Assembly: GCA_951406725.2 (NCBI GenBank)
Contig: OX597834.1
Coordinates: 5,580,001 to 5,644,000 of the forward strand
Direction of reading: 5' to 3'
DNA: 64,000 nucleotides
From: Octopus vulgaris
Lineage: Eukaryota
Shown here: positions 58,281 to 64,000 of the stretch, one piece after another
Layout: each line of letters opens with the position of its first letter
Position numbering within the stretch: the first letter of the stretch is position 1
Notes under the pieces: generated by a model
Told to the model about the DNA's origin: nothing
The model's database searches: none
Seen by the model: the letters and a program-made list of their open reading frames with translations, nothing else
Translations under genes and position numbers: made by a program

Positions 58281-58420
58281 GTAGTACTCCGTCGGTGACG
58301 ACGACGGGTGTTCTGGTTGATCCGATCAACGGAACAGCCTGCTCGTAATATTTAACGTGCAAGTGGCTGAGCACCCCACAGACATGCGTATACCCTTAAC
58401 GTAGTTCTCAGGGAGATTCG
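58281..58420 (-). mobile_element. SINE family C 3' fragment
   Basis: Matches the tail of 31059-31443. Confidence 0.8.
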
Positions 58421-58501
58421 GGTTCACCTTCGTACTGGGTTCCATACGATGAACCCCCCCCCCACTGTGTATACATTCATGGGGACACACATGGGCGCGC
58501 G

Positions 58502-58540
<39 letters not shown>

Positions 58541-58611
58541 ATACGCACACACTCCTACACACTCGCAACCGTATATACACAAAGTAGAGAGGAGAGAGAA
58601 AATGAAATACC

Positions 58612-59029
58612 TATTTCTTTACTACCCACAAGGGGCTAAACACAGAGAGAGGACAAACAAGGACAGACAAACGGATTAAGTTGATTACATCGACCCCAGT
58701 GCGTAACTGGTACTTATTTAATCGACCCCGAAAGGATGAAAGGCAAAGTCGACCTCGGTGGAATTTGAACTCAGAACGTAGCGGCAGACGAAATACCTAT
58801 TTCTTTATTACCCTCAAGGGGCTACACAGAGAGAGGACAAACAAGGACAGACAAACGGATTAAGTCGATTATATCGACTCCAGTGAGTAACTGGTATTTA
58901 ATTTATCGACCCCGAAAGGATGAAAGGCAAAGTCGACCTCGGCGGAATTTGAACTCAGAACGTAACGACAGACGAATTACGGCTTCGCATTTCGCCCAGT
59001 GTGCTAACGATTCTGCCAGCTCGCCGCCT
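58612..59029 (-). mobile_element. SINE-B tandem dimer with 13-bp TSD
   Basis: AAAATGAAATACC at 58599-58611 and 59030-59042. Confidence 0.93.
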
Positions 59030-59307
59030 AAAATGAAATACCGTTAAAGCGAGGTAAGTGCAATGATAATAGCAAAGGCAGCAACAACAATGAGAACAAT
59101 AATAACAATTATTGTAAATGCTTTACGCAGCGCCCACACTATGTCTGTCTCTGTATTCTCCCCCTCATCCTTCGCCTTTGTGGCAAATAAATGAAATCGT
59201 TATATCAGAACGTTGAACCGAGTGGGTATCAATAATTCATGGTATTAGTTTCAAAATTCTTTCTCTCGGAAGACATTTTTAATTCCGACGTGCAGCAGGT
59301 CGTCTAC

Positions 59308-59347
<40 letters not shown>

Positions 59348-59728
59348 CACACGCACACACGCACGCACGCACACACAAACACACACACACACGCACAAAC
59401 ACACACGCACACACAAACACACACACACAAACACACACAAACACACACACACACAAACACGCACACACACACACAAACACACACGCACACAAACACACAC
59501 ACACAAACTCACACACACACACGCACACACACACACAAACACACACACACAAACACACACAGACACACGCACGCACACACGCACGCACGCACACACAAAC
59601 ACACACATACACGCACGCATACACACGCACATACACACACGCACACACAAACACACACACACAAACACACACACACACAAACACGCACACACACGCATAC
59701 ACACACACACGCACACACACACACAAAC

Positions 59729-59761
<33 letters not shown>

Positions 59762-59805
59762 AACTCACACACACGCTCAAACACACACACACACACACAC
59801 GCATA
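59308..59805. repeat. Long imperfect (CA)n/(CACAAA)/(CACG) tract
   Basis: Direct reading. Confidence 0.95.
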
Positions 59806-60204
59806 CATTCACTTTCCCCTACACATACCGAACCAATGCGTAAAGCCGTCTACACACATATAGACACACACACACATGTGCCATTGCACCCACACGTATG
59901 CTCATAAATAACATTCTATTACATAAACCTCTCTTGTCCTTCATTCCACTCGACGGAGTGGCCGTATAGAAATAACTGAGGTCAACTTCTAGCTAAGAGC
60001 CCACTCATTCCTTTTCAAAAGAATATTGCTGTAGACATCTAAGGGCTGATAACTTTGATATGGCTAAGGACTTTTCGGATTCTATCCATGTTCCTGATCA
60101 TGTAGAGGTATGTATCTACTTTAGAAACCGAAGGAGAGTTTCCCAAAACTATAGAGAATATTTTGTATATACATATGTGTGCATGTATGTGTGTGTGTAT
60201 AGGA

Positions 60205-60821
60205 TAGGCAGGGGTATGATTGTGTGGTAAGAAGCTTGCTTCCCAACCACATGGTTCTGGGTTCAGTACCACTGCGTGGCACCTTAGGCATCTGTATTCT
60301 ATATAGTCTCGGGCCAAACAAAGCCTTATGAGCGGATTTGGTAGACAGAAACTGAAAGAGGTATGTCGTACATATGTATATATGTGTGTATATGTCTATG
60401 TGTGTATGTCTTTGTGCCTATGTTTGTCCCCACCCCATCAGGCGTGGCGGTGTGGTAAATAGCTAGCTTACCAACCACTTGGTTCCGGGTTCAGTCCTAC
60501 TGCGTGGAACCTTGGGCAAGTGCCATCTGCTATAGCCATGGGCCGACCAAAACTTTGTGAGTGGATTTGGTAGACGGAAACTGAAAGAAGCCCATCGTAT
60601 AGATGTGTGCGTGTGTCTGTGTTTTTCCCCCCACTATCGCTTGAGAACCGATGTTGGGTTGTTTACGTCCCCGTAACTTAGCAGTTAGGTAAAAAGAGAC
60701 CGATAGAATAAGTACCAGGCTTACAAAGAATAAGTCCTGGGGTCGATTTGTTCGACTGAAGGCGGTGCTCCAGCATGGCCGCAGTCAAATGACTGAAACA
60801 AATAAAAGAATAAAAGAATAA
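60205..60821 (+). mobile_element. Two adjacent SINE-A copies (60205-60432 partial; 60441-60821)
   Basis: Family matches. Confidence 0.85.
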
Positions 60822-61199
60822 ACAAAACTAACGACTTATTGTTTAACCAAGTTATCGATTAATTAGTTGAATATCTAACCAATTGACTAATTAGAAAGAA
60901 GTGGAATTGAACCAGTGCGTATGTTAATAATATTGGCATAATGACTCTTCCTAGTCACAGCCATATATATATGTGTTTGTGTGGGGAGAGTACACATATG
61001 CACCACGAGTTCTTATGAGGTAAATAACGCAAATTTCGGTGTTCTAACAAAACATACGCGTTAAGCTGGGCGCAGAAATTTCCTTTTGATATTAATATTG
61101 CTTCCGGCACTATTAATTAGTTTTCCAATAAGCCTGCTGGCTATCTGTGATATTAGTGTCCAAAAAGACACTGCAATTCTATTTATCGCTGTCAGTGAG

Positions 61200-61685
61200 A
61201 TTCGGCTGTTATGGTCATCAAATCTAAGTAGAGATTTCAAACTTAAAATCTTCAAAGCCACAGTCGAACCAATTCTACTACATGGCTCAGAAACCTGGAC
61301 GTTATCAAAGAAGCTTGAGAGGCGGTTGGATGGAACCTACACTCGCCTCCTTATGAGAGCTCAAAATCTCTCGTAGAAGCGTCATCCATCCAAAGTACAT
61401 ATATATGGGAAACTACCACCTGTATCATCTCTTGTGAAAGGTAGAAGAGTCCAGTTTGCTGGACATTGTTGTAGAGCTGAAAACGAGGTAATTTCTACTC
61501 TTCTCCTCTGGAAGCCATCTGCTCGCGATACCAGCGGGTGCACACTCTCCTACCCTGATGTAATCTCCAGGCATACAAGCATCCAGCAACAGGACCTCCG
61601 TAATGCTATGATGGGACCTAGAGGTCTGGCGTAACATAGTAAATTCCATTGTCTCGACCACGGTCGAACAATGATGGTGATGATG
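61200..61685 (+). mobile_element. RTE-like LINE 3' fragment
   Basis: KIFKATVEPILLHGSETWTL..RRVQFAGHCCR; one in-frame stop; (GAT)n-like tail. Confidence 0.85.
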
Positions 61686-63646
61686 TTATGTCGATACTGG
61701 ATGTCTGCCACTGAGGAGCTCAAAGAAAGGTGAAATCACGTGAACTGGCAGTTCCAGCGGCTGTAGCAGACGATTCTCGTCTGTCAGCAATATCAATACG
61801 AGTCAGAAGTCTCTCTAGGTTAATAACGCGCTAATCGGTGTTCTAACAAAACGTCCACATTTAGCTGGACACAAAGACTGCCATATGCCTGTGTATTTGT
61901 ATATGTATTTGTATATGCACGTGTGTGCTAAATGACCAGTTAACCCAAACATTTCACCGTCTAACCTTTCAGTCAATCCATCTGTCAACGTAGCGAATAA
62001 TTCTTTGTCATCCGATATTTTTCGTACCATATCAAAAGTAACAGACTAATGGAATAGCGAAAACAAATTCCATACATCTATATATACATGCGTACATACA
62101 TTTATAAATGTATACATACAAACATTTGCACATATATATGCATGTATGTGTGTGTGTGCAGGCATGTATGCACCAATGCTTTTGATTCGAAGGTATACCG
62201 TGCTAGTGATAATAAATATTCAACCTTTAATTTACTATCTGAACTACCTACCACGAATGAATTATATATGCAAATCGGATTATGCGATTTAAATTAAGCC
62301 GTAAATACTACTGAGTTTATAAGTAGTATCAGTGTAGACAGTTAAAGAGAGTTCCTATTGCCAAAGAAAGTGGAATCTTGTTTGAGTGATTCTTCTTTTT
62401 CATCCACCAAAAAGTTATATAAAGACGTGTACATTTATAGATTGCAAATAGGGTTGGTTAAAATCTACAAGGAGAATTGTTGTAAATCTATGTGCTGCCC
62501 TTGTGGCAAATTAAATGAAAGAAAGTAGCTTGTAAGAGGTTTTAGTGCCTCCTTCTTCTAAGAGGTTTGAAACCTCATATTGATTTTTAAAAATAGAAAA
62601 TATGTTTTCGAGAAAAATCCAATCGGCGGGTGTTGGGTTTCGTCTCTCATGTATTCATTTTATTTCATTTTCATTAATGTGTTTGTTCACACAATCTTTA
62701 TACTGTCTATATGACAAATTTTATGAAATAAAGTATAAGATTGAATCAAATACTGTTAACACTCCAGTAATTCATACAATTTTAGCCCCTCTGTGTAAAT
62801 GATAAATAGGGACACCATAGATTTTTATGACGTTGTGGTGAGAAAATCGGATTCATTTTGAATACTGTCGCTTATAGGTGGGTATTATCAGCGAAAAAAT
62901 ATTCATTCTGCCTCTTTGTGCATAGTTCAACAGATTTTCATCATCGCGTGTACAAATTGAGCCTTTATGTAAAAGTTTCCTAATCGTGCATTTGCCAACA
63001 CGTGGATTAAGTCATCCTTTCATACCTATATACAATCATCTCTTCTCCGCGATTTTGACAATTTGAAGTTCCAGAGACAGGTTTGTTTTAGATAAATACA
63101 CACTTTGAACCACACAGTGAACTGTAAAAAAAAGAGGTGACATTTCAGTATGCATTTTTCATTGGGTTGAGAAAATCAATCTGAACTAGTCTTCTTAAAT
63201 CATCATAATCTATGGAGAAATTAGAATCTTTTAGTTATTTATAGACTTTACGAACGAATCCTCAGCAAAAAAAAACTAATTTCTTTATCAGGGTATTTGC
63301 TGATGTCAATCATTAATTAATCCATTCGTAGCGCACTGAATATTGCTTCTGAATAATTTCAAGTGTTAGATATACTTTTTAAAAATAAATAAGCAATTTT
63401 AGTCTCGATTTAAAAGGTAATCTTATCAGTTACAGAGCAAGTTATTTTTATCGATGCTTAGAGAAAAAAAATGGAATAGATCCCATTATAATCTAGATTT
63501 CTTTGAACTTCATGAGGGAAAGAAAACATGCTGCAAAGTTACTTGTAAACATCGAAACTATCCTCCAGAGGAAATTGGAATATGCCAATCTTGTTTCTAT
63601 CTCACACATCTGGACTGTTCTGCTTCTGCACGTATAGATATCCTGA

Positions 63647-64000
63647 CGGCACAATGGCCCAGTGGTTAGGGCAGCGGACTCGCGGTCATAGGAACGTGGT
63701 TTCGATTCCCAGACCGGGCGTTGTGAGTGTTTATTGAGCGAAAACACCTAAAGCTTCACGAGGCTCCGGCAGGGATGGTGGTGATCCCTGCTGTACTCTC
63801 TCACCACAACTTTCTCTCACTCTTACTCCCTGTTTCTGTTGTACCTGTATTTCAAAGGGCCGGCCTTGTCACTCTCTGTGTCATGCTGAATATCCCCGAG
63901 AACAACGTTAAGGGTACACGTGTCTGTGAAGTACTCAGCCACTTACACGTTAATTTCACGAGCAGGCTGTTCCGTTGATCGGATCAACCGGAACCCTCAT
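63647..64000 (+). mobile_element. SINE family C (runs off the window)
   Basis: Matches 31059-31443. Confidence 0.92.

Overview
AT-rich, repeat-dense animal genomic DNA with no recognisable host gene. The SINE complement looks like Octopus; this is from memory of the OK/OR1/OR2-type families and was not checked. Most long ORFs in the track come from microsatellites or SINEs. The window contains at least 4 tRNA-derived SINE families, decayed LINEs (R4/Dong-like RT x2, RTE x3, a Tx1/L1-like 3' end), Tc1/mariner remnants, a non-autonomous Helitron, several MITEs and many microsatellites. Two things stand out. (1) About a dozen type I hammerhead-ribozyme motifs sit in several unrelated Penelope-like (PLE) pseudo-LTR or mini-elements, mostly beside (TA)n tracts. 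They include a natural G3:C8 core-swapped variant, a 188-bp mini-element with a 14-bp target-site duplication (TSD), and a GIY-YIG PLE whose 3' region has a tRNA-like Pol III promoter upstream of the ribozyme. (2) One SINE family appears to insert preferentially at GGTAT(T), a motif also present in its own head, and forms exact 184-bp tandem arrays. Its 3' tail resembles that of a Tx1-like LINE in the same window.
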